Origin: Ostreococcus lucimarinus
Lineage: Eukaryota
Assembly: GCA_000092065.1 (NCBI GenBank)
Contig: CP000594.1
Length of the DNA stretch: 64,000 bases
Reading direction: 5' to 3' (one strand)
In this document: piece by piece, positions 1-8,800 of the stretch
Numbering within the stretch: the stretch's first letter is position 1
Layout of the letters: the number at the start of each line of letters is the position of its first letter
Made by a program: the position numbers and the translations under genes
Notes under the pieces: generated by a model
Told to the model about the DNA's origin: nothing
Database searches by the model: none
Seen by the model: the letters and a program-made list of their open reading frames with translations, nothing else

Positions 1-26
1 TTCCCTCCGCCACGAGCGCCGCGACG

Positions 27-1499
27 ATGGTAGCCGACGATCGACAGCGAAATCGCGCGCTCGGACGGCGTCGTGCGACGGCAATACGCTTAGCCTTTAG
101 TGCGCTCATGTTCACGTGCGCGGCGAACTCGCTGGTGTGGCTTCAGGGATTGACGTCGAGCGCGGGTGCTACCGAACGCGAAGTGTCATCACGCGCGCGA
201 CGTCGAGATGCGGAGACGTGTAAAGTCGATGCGCCGACGAGGCTGGCTGAACGTACGGCGCGTGATAGACTTTTCGGGTACAGACGACGAGACGTAGGCG
301 CGCTCGCGGCGTTGCGAGGCGATGGTGTGACGCTCTCAACGTCGACGACGCGCTGGCGCGATCTCCAATATGGAGACGCACTGGATCGGTACGGGTTCTT
401 TGTTACGTCTGAACCGGTTTTAAGCGAGAAAGAGGCGGACAAGACGCGGGCGCACCTGCTCAGTCTGTTGCGAAGTACGGATGTGTACGAGCAAAACGAT
501 GGGTGTCTCGGCGAACTTGCGGACTGTCAGGAGAGATTTGATTTGTCTCTTCGACTCACAACGACTGTGACACGCGCGGTGAATAAGATTGTGTCCACAC
601 TTAAGCCCGCACTGGTGGATATATTCGGCGATGAAGACTGTGAACTCGTAGAACTGAGTGCGTTGATCACATGTAAAGGCTCACCCACGCAAGGCATCCA
701 CAGTGATGCGGAAGGGGTGAAAGGAGACGATCGACTTGTCAGCGTGTTCGTATCATTACAAGACACCCCCACGAATCTTGGTCCAACGCACGTTTTCTTT
801 AACTCACCGAATGCTGTAACAGAGTTTGACTACTATTCCGCACTCATGCTGATGAGGATTGTGGCGGCCGAGCTCAAGAACTCGACGGTTGCGTTAAGAG
901 ATCATGGTCTTGGTGATATTTATATCAAGCAAGGCGTCGCAGCCATCCCAGAAAACGAGGTTGCGACAGAAGAAGAACTAAAATTCTTCAATGCGCACTG
1001 TAGAGTCGATGAGAGGGATAATACACTGGCATTCTATCCCCCTTGGGAGTCCTCCCCAAACGCCCGTCTCGTGTTTGGCGTCGTCGCTGCTACGCGACAG
1101 GGAGCCGCTCTCGTGTATGACTCGCGGACTCAACACAGAGGTGGAGCTAACACAGTAGGAGCGCGAGTACAACTTATGTTTAGTTTTCAGACGAAGCGTG
1201 CTTTTGTGGCTGGGTCGACATTCACAATGCGACGTAGGTATCATCGCATTGAACGCATGCCACTGACCCTCATGGAGAGAGCGACTCTGACATCATTTGG
1301 GCATGAATACGAGAAAAGCAAGTCGAACCTTGCGTGGTACCTGCGAGTATTCGGAAAGATACGCCTTCGAGACTTCCCATTACGAGCTGACACCACTGAT
1401 CAGGAACGTGAATGGGTGAATGCTGACTTAGTGCAAAACTCTGAAAACAAGTCGGACTTTGATGTCGATAGGATGGGGTTACAAGGTGGAGTGTTGTGA
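27..1499 (+). CDS. Membrane-anchored 2-oxoglutarate/Fe(II) dioxygenase-like protein (PhyH-like), 490 aa
   Basis: ATG-initiated 490-aa ORF with an N-terminal hydrophobic anchor (AIRLAFSALMFTCAANSLVWL). Candidate HxD (GIHSDAE) and distal H/R (SRTQHRGGAN) resemble phytanoyl-CoA-dioxygenase-type enzymes. Product assigned by eye only. Confidence 0.5.
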   Translation: MVADDRQRNRALGRRRATAIRLAFSALMFTCAANSLVWLQGLTSSAGATEREVSSRARRRDAETCKVDAPTRLAERTARDRLFGYRRRDVGALAALRGDGVTLSTSTTRWRDLQYGDALDRYGFFVTSEPVLSEKEADKTRAHLLSLLRSTDVYEQNDGCLGELADCQERFDLSLRLTTTVTRAVNKIVSTLKPALVDIFGDEDCELVELSALITCKGSPTQGIHSDAEGVKGDDRLVSVFVSLQDTPTNLGPTHVFFNSPNAVTEFDYYSALMLMRIVAAELKNSTVALRDHGLGDIYIKQGVAAIPENEVATEEELKFFNAHCRVDERDNTLAFYPPWESSPNARLVFGVVAATRQGAALVYDSRTQHRGGANTVGARVQLMFSFQTKRAFVAGSTFTMRRRYHRIERMPLTLMERATLTSFGHEYEKSKSNLAWYLRVFGKIRLRDFPLRADTTDQEREWVNADLVQNSENKSDFDVDRMGLQGGVL

Positions 1500-1537
1500 T
1501 GTAGATGTTGGTATAATTGCAGTTACCTCGACTACCG

Positions 1538-1723
1538 CTACATCATGCTCATGTTTGTTTTAAGTTCCTCTTCGAATCGAACGGTGCTCGGGTAATGCTC
1601 GGCGACCGGCGGCTCCTCAGAAATTTCTCCAGGTTCGTCAGAAGGCTCTTCAGATTGAACTGGATTCTTAACTATGATATTGTATGGTGTACCATCGGAC
1701 ATCGCGCGCAATATATTGGACAT
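1538..1723 (-). CDS. Hypothetical small acidic protein (61 aa), element-borne, divergent from the helicase gene
   Basis: ORF MSNILRAMSDGTPYNIIVKNPVQSEEPSDEPGEISEEPP... The first 17-18 codons recur at 47060-47116 (copy B), where the repeat is truncated. No recognisable domain; coding status unproven. Confidence 0.25.
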   Translation of the reverse strand: MSNILRAMSDGTPYNIIVKNPVQSEEPSDEPGEISEEPPVAEHYPSTVRFEEELKTNMSMM

Positions 1724-2064
1724 AACTTTTCATACTTAAAGGGGAGCCGCGTGATACACGAGGGACCATCTCACCACGAAGAAATGGGCACCTCTGGTAC
1801 CGAAAAACGTGGCACCCTCGTTCACGCGCGACCACTCTTGAGCCATGAACGGGAGCGACCCATCAAAGGAGACACGCGCACACCGATTCTCGACCACCCG
1901 TCTTCGCCGTGTGCTTTGCAGTACCCCGATCTCGTCGAAAAAGTAGCAAAATGTTGACCAGTGGGGCGTGCTGGCGTGCTTTTCCAGGCTGTTGAAAAAC
2001 TTGAAAATCAGTCATCGCGCCGATGTGACCAGGAAAAACACGGCTTAAAGAATTCTTTTCTTAT

Positions 2065-3096
2065 GTGATATATATGGACGCCAGAGAATTTACGAACGGC
2101 ATGCATCTGATCCCACTCGACCAGGACAAGGAACCAACATGCGGCAGGGGGTTCCTCGATGAAGCAAACTATGAACAGAACACGCAGAAAGTCATCCCAG
2201 GAGAAATGTACGGCGTGCTGACAGGGCGACCGAACCGTGTCCTCGTCGTCGACTGGGATTGTTACGGTGGCAAGTGCGAGTTTGAACTCACGGAAGAAAT
2301 GTTGACGCGCAAGGTTGGCGGGGAAGGCGCGTACATCGTCAAAACGCGATCAGGCGGGTACCACACGTACTTCGCATGGGACGAAGAACGAGTCGGCGAT
2401 TGGAAAGGCACAGTAGGCATCGAAGGGTTCGTCGATATCCGTACGACGGGTAACTACGTGGTCGGTGCCCATGCCCCGGGCTACGAGCTACTCCGAGGAG
2501 ACATCAACAATTTACCACCAATGCCCAACGATTTGTACAGTTTCTTTGATGGCAAAGTCGGTCACAAGGTCGAACGCGCCGACACGGAGTGCAGCTTTAC
2601 GCAAGCATCTGTGACACCTTTGCTCGAGGACATGGGGTTCACCGGCATACATTGGCTCAGTGGAGCGACATCGTATGATTTTGAATGCGACCAATGTCGC
2701 CCACAGCGAGGCACCTCTGTGGGCCAATGTCCTTGCTGTGGGGGCTTCCACGAAGGCAATGGAAAGGGCGGCGGGAACCACTTTTACGTCGCCGAGGTCG
2801 GCCTCGGCGTGCTCACCGTGAAAAACCATGGCAACTGCAAGCCCAGGCAGTTTCGCTTTGAGGTTGGGTGTCTGGTGACCGGTATCACCGAAAAGGAGCA
2901 GAACGAAATCAAAGAGGGCACGTCTGCGGGCTACATCGAGGTCCGCCGTGAGTTCGAGAAGCACGTCGCAAAGATCTTGACCAAGGACCTCTTCTGCGAC
3001 GATAGCTGTTATGGAACCACCGGGGAGATCGCCAAATTCAGCGAGGCCGCTTTGGTGAGGCGCTATCGAGAACTCTCCTTTGTCGATGAGAACGGC
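2065..3096 (+). pseudogene. Truncated PrimPol-helicase gene (N-terminal AEP primase and Zn-ribbon part only, 344 codons)
   Basis: About 97 percent identical in protein to residues 1-344 of the 736-aa ORFs and retains VVDWD, SGGYHTYF and DIRTTGNYVVG. After FVDENG the 426-aa track ORF continues into unrelated sequence (antisense of another fragment), so the SF3 helicase half is missing. Confidence 0.85.
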
Positions 3097-3330
3097 GCGT
3101 CCGATGAGCGTCTTGCTCACGGTGCAACCGTCCTGTTGGACCTTGAACTGAATTTTGGCGAAAGAGAGAAAGTCCTCGGGATCATTTGTCTTTTCAAAGA
3201 GCGCATTCAGACGGTCGCAGAGGTCGTCGTTCTCCGCCCATTCGGCGATGCTCTTCCTCACTGCATCGGGCGCGACGGGCTTCGTCGCCTCGTACGCCTT
3301 GAGGAGCAGCGAACGCGAAACGAACCGGTG
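3095..3330 (-). pseudogene. Fragment resembling the C-terminal region of a second, divergent D5/P4-type helicase gene
   Basis: The minus-strand reading is ...LLLKAYEATKPVAPDAVRKSIAEWAENDDLCDRLNALFEKTNDPEDFLSFAKIQFKVQQDGCTVSKTLIGRA, with no start or stop of its own. Its last 37 nt overlap the fragment at 15111-15147. The family assignment is pattern-level inference only. Confidence 0.3.
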
Positions 3331-3415
3331 ATATATATATATTAAGTAAAATTTGGCTATTGAGTCTTCATATGGGAAGCGTACCGATTACAAATTTCTA
3401 CTTCTGGCCCATCAC

Positions 3416-4132
3416 TTACTCAGCTGACTGGCACGAGGTGTACAGGTTCGCTGGGTCGTCCACCTTGACGAACTCGTACTTCGCGTGAGGGCTTATGGTA
3501 CCGGGGAAAGAGCACTCTTGCTTGCCACCCTTATCTTGACAGTACTTGTTCCGCTGCTGACTATAGATGGAGGTCTTGCCGTCTGCCAGCGTGGCGAGAG
3601 TAAACTTGGCGCCGACGAAAATTTCTTCGCCCTCAGCCTCCTTCGGCACGTCACACATAATTAGAGTCTTCCTCCATCCCGGGGGACCACGACTGAGGGT
3701 GTCATCAGCGTCCGTCGCGCAACGGAACTCGGCACCCGTCTCGTCCAAGCGAGTGAGGGTGTAAAAATTGCCCTCGTTCTTCAGGTACACGAGCTTTGGA
3801 GCGTTGTTCGCCGCCGAGGGATCCTCAGACGCAACGCATCGCTGCGAACAGGCGAAGCCCCACTGTCCATTTCCAGCGGTTCCGATGTTATAGTTGCAGA
3901 AGTTTTGATTCATCATGTTAGTCCCATACTTCGATGGGACCCAACCCCCTCGCATCAAGTACGCTCCGTCCTCGAGCGTCGCGCCTTGGCCGAGCGTCGG
4001 AAAGTGTGTTGAACCGACTCCCACGAGCGCGACGACACCGAGACAAGCGATCACGAGCGTTTTACCTCGGCGCACGTCGCTCGCCGCCTTGGCCGCGCGC
4101 ACTTCATCGCGCAGAGGCGTCGATTCGTCCAT
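3416..4132 (-). CDS. Type II membrane / secreted Cys-containing protein of unknown function (238 aa from the first ATG)
   Basis: The track ORF 3416-4270 begins at a non-ATG codon. The first ATG (MDESTPLRDE...) is at 4132. A single TM segment (LVIACLGVVALVGVGS) is followed by a Cys-containing ectodomain. Confidence 0.55.
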   Translation of the reverse strand: MDESTPLRDEVRAAKAASDVRRGKTLVIACLGVVALVGVGSTHFPTLGQGATLEDGAYLMRGGWVPSKYGTNMMNQNFCNYNIGTAGNGQWGFACSQRCVASEDPSAANNAPKLVYLKNEGNFYTLTRLDETGAEFRCATDADDTLSRGPPGWRKTLIMCDVPKEAEGEEIFVGAKFTLATLADGKTSIYSQQRNKYCQDKGGKQECSFPGTISPHAKYEFVKVDDPANLYTSCQSAE

Positions 4133-4356
4133 CGAATTAGTGTTGAGCGAACCCCTTCCGGCTGCTGTTTCGATCCCGTCGACCACGATTAACGACGCGC
4201 GTGTTTCACTCGTGCGTCCGACGCGCTTTTTCCCGACGCGGTTCCCGACTGCACTGACGTGCGTCGTCAAGTGCCTCGTCGTCGAGGGTGCTCGAGTTTT
4301 ACTTTTACTGTTGACGCGCCACGTCGGATTCCGACAGGCCCAGGCGCGGCCGCAAT

Positions 4357-4488
4357 GCTACTTTAAACTTAGTATATTTTTTTTGAAAAAAGAGTAGTAA
4401 GAGTAATAAAAACAAACTTTTTGCTACTTTAAACTTAGTATATTTTTTTTGAAAAAAGAGTAGTAAGAGTAATAAAAACAAACTTTTT
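4357..4488. repeat. 2 x 66-bp AT-rich tandem duplication in the element terminal region
   Basis: The unit GCTACTTTAAACTTAGTATATTTTTTTTGAAAAAAGAGTAGTAAGAGTAATAAAAACAAACTTTTT starts at 4357 and again at 4423. Copy B has a single unit. Confidence 0.9.
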
Positions 4489-4583
4489 TTTGAGTTGCGG
4501 CACCCCAACATGATAAAACCGCACATCGACGTCGATGTACCACATGTAAGATTTCTCCAGAACCAATCGTGTGAGTGAAGTGG

Positions 4584-5081
4584 TCAAACCAAGCCACGCA
4601 ACTCGTCTACCGTAAATTGATACTTGTCGAGACTGCGCTTCGAAGGCAGCGTGCCGCGCGCTCGAGCATTCTTGAGGCACGTCTTACGCAGTATTCTTTT
4701 CGCGTGCTGCTTGTAATAATTGAGTTGTCTGTAGTTACCATCGCCGCCGTCCCGCTTCGGCGTATATTTAGCTCTGCCAAGGGTTCGACTCTCGTCCACG
4801 TTCTCGTGGCACGTGTGTTTCTGGCTGAGTCCAGCAGCTCGGGAGTTGAATAAGCCGTCACGCTTCTCTCTCATGTAGGCACTTTTACGTTGATGGAGCT
4901 CTCCAGCTGGAATGTCCTTTTCGAGAACTCTCACGTTCGCGTCGCCAAACTTGAAGATTGGATGCCGTGCGTATTTATGCGAGGCAAGGCGCGCTCTGAG
5001 CGAACCTGTCGTCGATCCGATGTACGTTTTGTTACATTTTGCATTATCGCTAAACATTTCGTACACGCATCCCGACGGCAT
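4584..5081 (-). CDS. GIY-YIG family nuclease (165 aa), element-borne
   Basis: ATG ORF. The N-terminal GCVYEM...KTYIGSTTGSLRARL...H matches the GIY...YIG...R signature. It differs at 15 of 165 aa from the copy at 15262-15759, with the changes clustered in a central linker. Confidence 0.8.
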   Translation of the reverse strand: MPSGCVYEMFSDNAKCNKTYIGSTTGSLRARLASHKYARHPIFKFGDANVRVLEKDIPAGELHQRKSAYMREKRDGLFNSRAAGLSQKHTCHENVDESRTLGRAKYTPKRDGGDGNYRQLNYYKQHAKRILRKTCLKNARARGTLPSKRSLDKYQFTVDELRGLV

Positions 5082-5258
5082 TTGTCCTGGTCACCTATCT
5101 ATCCCTAAGAAAATATAGTTGCCAAAAGTGCTCCTCTTGCGGTTTGCAGTCACATTCGAGAGATCATAGGTGCTCGTGTTGCTGCGTGGGGTGCAAGGTC
5201 TGGGATGTAGATATCGAACCGCCTGATTTCACACCTGGACGTTCGTGATCCGACGAGA

Positions 5259-5449
5259 CCTGACGAAATGACGAACTTGTTTTGTCGTCCCCAAATTCGT
5301 CAGCCCGTCGTTCGGTCACACTTTGTGTGTACCAATGATGAAAATGACGAAATGTTAAAATATTTCAATGTTTATTTTTATTTTAGATCTATGAAAAGCA
5401 ACAGTGTAGACCTTTATGAAAACAGTTCGTCATTCGTCATTTCGTCAGG
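5259..5449. other. Iteron / inverted-repeat / AT-rich block in the element spacer (origin-like), fragment 2 copy
   Basis: Same 191-bp block as 15927-16117 and 44245-44435: CCTGACGAAATGACGAAC ... AT-rich core ... GTTCGTCATTCGTCATTTCGTCAGG. Confidence 0.4.
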
Positions 5450-5657
5450 ATCCAAACCATGGTCTTTTTGGTGTCTTGTTGAGTCTTCATATTGCAAATG
5501 TACGAATCACAAAATTAGTATGAACACCAGACGACCGCCGGCGCGAGCTCCGTCTCCCCCGTTTACCCATTGTCCTTCAGCCACTCGAAGCACCCGTCGC
5601 GGTCAATTTCCCAATAGACGCCATTCTCGTCCCTAGCTTGCCTCAGGTGGTCCTCTT

Positions 5658-5841
5658 AATACACCAAAAAGTAAATGCAATTATGGTGTTTCATTATTCC
5701 ATACGAGTACCCCAGAACGACGAGTCGTGACCCATACGGTAAAAATATCACGTCCCGCCGGTCCGGTCCCCATAGTATATAGAATTTATACAATTCAGCC
5801 CGCGTCATTACGGGGGTACAGTAATCTATGTGTCCGACATT
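5658..5841 (+). repeat. Intergenic module R1, copy a
   Basis: CCAAAAAGTAAATGCA...TTTCATTATTCCATACGAGTAC...GACGAGTCGTGACCCATACGGTAAAAATATCACGTCCCGCCGGTCCGGTCCCCATAGTATA...GTACAGTAATCT. It recurs at 19862-20125 (same orientation) and 36231-36410 (inverted), with a partial copy at 51131-51177. Confidence 0.7.
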
Positions 5842-5868
5842 AAACTCGATTTTTGCTAGGGTTTAGCG
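5842..5868 (+). promoter_or_regulatory. Conserved 27-nt 5' motif AAACTCGATTTTTGCTAGGGTTTAGCG (contains a telo-box-like AAACCCTA core)
   Basis: Identical 27-mer at 36494-36520 (+) and 19754-19780 (-), each immediately upstream of and oriented toward a large gene. Confidence 0.6.
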
Positions 5869-5889
5869 TCCCCGGTGTCCCGCGCGCGC

Positions 5890-8800
5890 ATGCGTTGGCG
5901 CCGTCGACACTCGTCGACGCCCCGGCCCGCGGTCGTTCGCGTCCACACGGTTCAAGTAGTGCCCTTGGACGACGAACGTGCGCTTGTGCACCCTTGCGCG
6001 GATGAAGTGCGTTTCCATCGTGCGTCGCCGCCGTTCGGTCCTTTAAGGGCGACCGTAGCGCAACCGGGCGATCTCCGTGCGGACGGCGCGATGCCGGCGT
6101 ACGCATCGCAAGGAGTGCACACCGGGGGCACTGCGCCATTCGCGACGTACCGTGCAGCACAACACGCGTTTGCAACGCCAGACGGCATGCATTGGCGCGG
6201 TGGACGCAGCGTTTCATTGAAAATTGCGCGCAGCACTAGTGGGCAAAGCGGCTCGTTGGCACCCCAACGGGTCTTAAACACAATACTTGTTTTGTTCGGA
6301 TACTCGCCCAGGGATCTAGACACACGTGAGGGTAGTCGAAGGGCTAGCGTCCGGTGCCAAAAGAACATGCTCTTTGCTACGGCCACGTGGATGCTGCTAT
6401 TGCTCACGTCGTTTGTCGATGGGGCAATAGTAGACCGCGACGCTTTGAAAGTTGCAGTGGACAACTGTTTGGCGGCAAATGCCACTGGTAACTGCGATTG
6501 TAGCAGTGACTCTGTGGACTGCGGTACCGCTGGAAGTCTTCCCATCTCGCAGTGGGATACGAGCCGCGTGAACGATATGAATAGACTATTCAGCAACCAG
6601 GGTTCATTTAACGCGAATATCTCCGCGTGGGACGTGAGCGGCGTGACGGACATGACTCGAATGTTCGAGGGCGCTAATAGTTTCGCTCAGGACATCAGCT
6701 CGTGGAACGTGGTGAACGTCACGAGCATGGACACTATGTTCTATCGCGCGGATGCGTTCAACGCGCCCATCGGCAGTTGGAACACAGACGGCGTGACAAA
6801 CATGTTTCAGATGTTCCACTCAGCACATTTGTTCGATCAACCGATCGGAAGCTGGAACACGGAACGGGTGACGACCATGCAGTGTATGTTCATGTATGCG
6901 CGTGAATTCAATCAGGATATCAGCTCCTGGAACACGGCCAACGTGGTAAATATGTGGGATATGTTTTATAGTGCGGATGCGTTCAACCAGAACATTGGGT
7001 CATGGAACACAGAGGAGGTGACGGATATGAGGTACATGTTTTATAGTGCGGATGCGTTCAACCAGAACATTGGGTCATGGAACACAGAGAAGGTGACGGA
7101 TCTGAGCGGAATGTTTCAGGGCGCAGCGGCGTTCAACCAGGACATTGGCTCATGGAACACAGAGGAGGTGACAGACATGAGCGGAATGTTTCAGGGCGCA
7201 GCGGCGTTCAACCAGGACATTGGTTCATGGACGACGACGTCGGTGAAGAACATGGAGAGCATGTTCGAGGATGCGACGGCGTTCAACCAGAACATTAGCT
7301 CCTGGAACGTCAGTGCCGTCACAGACTTCGATCGGATGTTCTACACAGCGACCGCCTTCAACAAAGGCATAATCACCACGAAAACGACATGGACTGGCGC
7401 CACCGGCGCGTCCGCGACAGACATGTTCTCCGCCGCCACGGCGTGGCTGCAGAGGTATGAGTACACGACGAATCCCAGCGGAAGCGTCGTGAATGGTCCC
7501 GCGTCGGCTTGGAGTGTGAAGAAGTGTTCGTCCAATCAGTACGTTTTGAGCAACACATGCAAGGCGTGTGCCTCTGGCAAATTTCGCAGTGCTGGTGACG
7601 ACCCTGATGGCTCCAATACGGCGTGTACGTACGCGTCGCCGTTTGCTTCAAATACCCAGCTGAAAGACACGATCGAGTCTTCGTACTGCTTGGGAGGCAG
7701 CGACGCCACGGGCGCGAATTGCACGGACGGCAAGGGTATGTATATAGCGCAGTGGGATACGAGCTTGATCACGGATATGAATCACTTGTTCTACAACAAA
7801 ATTTCATTCGACGCCAATATCAGCACGTGGAACACGGCGAAAGTGACAAAAATGGATAGCATGTTTTCTCAAGCACGTGCATTTAACCAGAGGATTAATG
7901 AATGGAATACATCGAGCGTGGTGACAATGGAAGCTATGTTCCGCTACGCCGAGTCCTTTGACCAGCCCATTGGTGAGTGGAATACCGGAAGAGTCACCAA
8001 TATGAAAGACATGTTTTCGCAGGCGTCTGAATTCAATCAGAATATCGGTAATTGGGATACATCGAGTGTGACGACGATGGATACTATGTTTCGCTACACC
8101 GAGTCCTTTAACCAGCCCATTAGTGAGTGGAATACCGGAAGAGTCACCAATATGAAAGACATGTTTTCGCATGCGTACGCATTCAATCATTCAATCGGTG
8201 ACTGGAACACGGGTGCCGTGGAGAATATGGAGCTTATGTTCCAAAATACCGGCGTTTTCAACCAGGACATCAGCAGTTGGAACACGGCGGCGGTGACTCA
8301 GATGGACTCAATGTTTTACGGTGCTTCAGCCTTCAATTATGACATCACTGGTTGGAGTTCAGCAAGCCTTACGTCGTCGACGGACATGTTTCTCTCCGCG
8401 ACGGCTTGGCTGGCGAGGTACAAGAACACCGCCTCCCCAGGTAGCAAAAATGGGCCATCGTCGAACTGGCTCGGTCCCGGTCCGTTCACGACCAAGTCGG
8501 CGTTGGAGACCGCTACATGGAACTGCTTGGCGGGGAGCGCCGATGCCGATGGCAACTGCGACTGTACGACCGTCGATTGTGGCGCGGCGGTGTATGAATC
8601 GATTTCGAACTGGAACACGAGTTTGATCACGGACATGACCGGTTTGTTTGAAGGTAAGTCTTCATTCAACGCGAATATCGGCGGATGGAACACGGGGAGC
8701 GTCACAAACATGCACCAGATGTTTAACGGCGCGACTGCTTTCAACCAAGACATCGGTTCTTGGGATGTCTCGGATGTAGCGGACATGTATCAAATGTTCG

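Larger units (their letters stand above)
1517..3096 (+). mobile_element. PrimPol-helicase/GIY-YIG repeat family, truncated fragment 1 (small upstream ORF, divergent spacer, first 344 codons of the helicase gene); inverted relative to the other copies
   Basis: Near-identical, as reverse complement, to 46712-47116 and to the 5' part of the helicase genes at 16183-18393 and 44501-46711. Homology stops abruptly at 3095/3096. The left limit is uncertain (at or below about 1538). Confidence 0.75.
4335..5657 (-). mobile_element. PrimPol-helicase/GIY-YIG repeat family, truncated fragment 2 (last ~47 helicase codons, spacer, intact GIY-YIG gene, terminal AT-rich region)
   Basis: Colinear with 15149-16325 and 43389-44643. 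The left terminus CAGGCCCAGGCGCGGCCGCAATGC is shared with copy B (43389) next to unrelated flanks. The right end is cut at 5657 by intergenic module R1. Confidence 0.8.

Noticed and set aside
2065-3345. The 426-aa ORF taken as a shorter, intact primase-only variant.
   Set aside because: Its last 82 aa are read-through into the antisense of an unrelated fragment after the homology break at 3095/3096. It is a truncated pseudogene.
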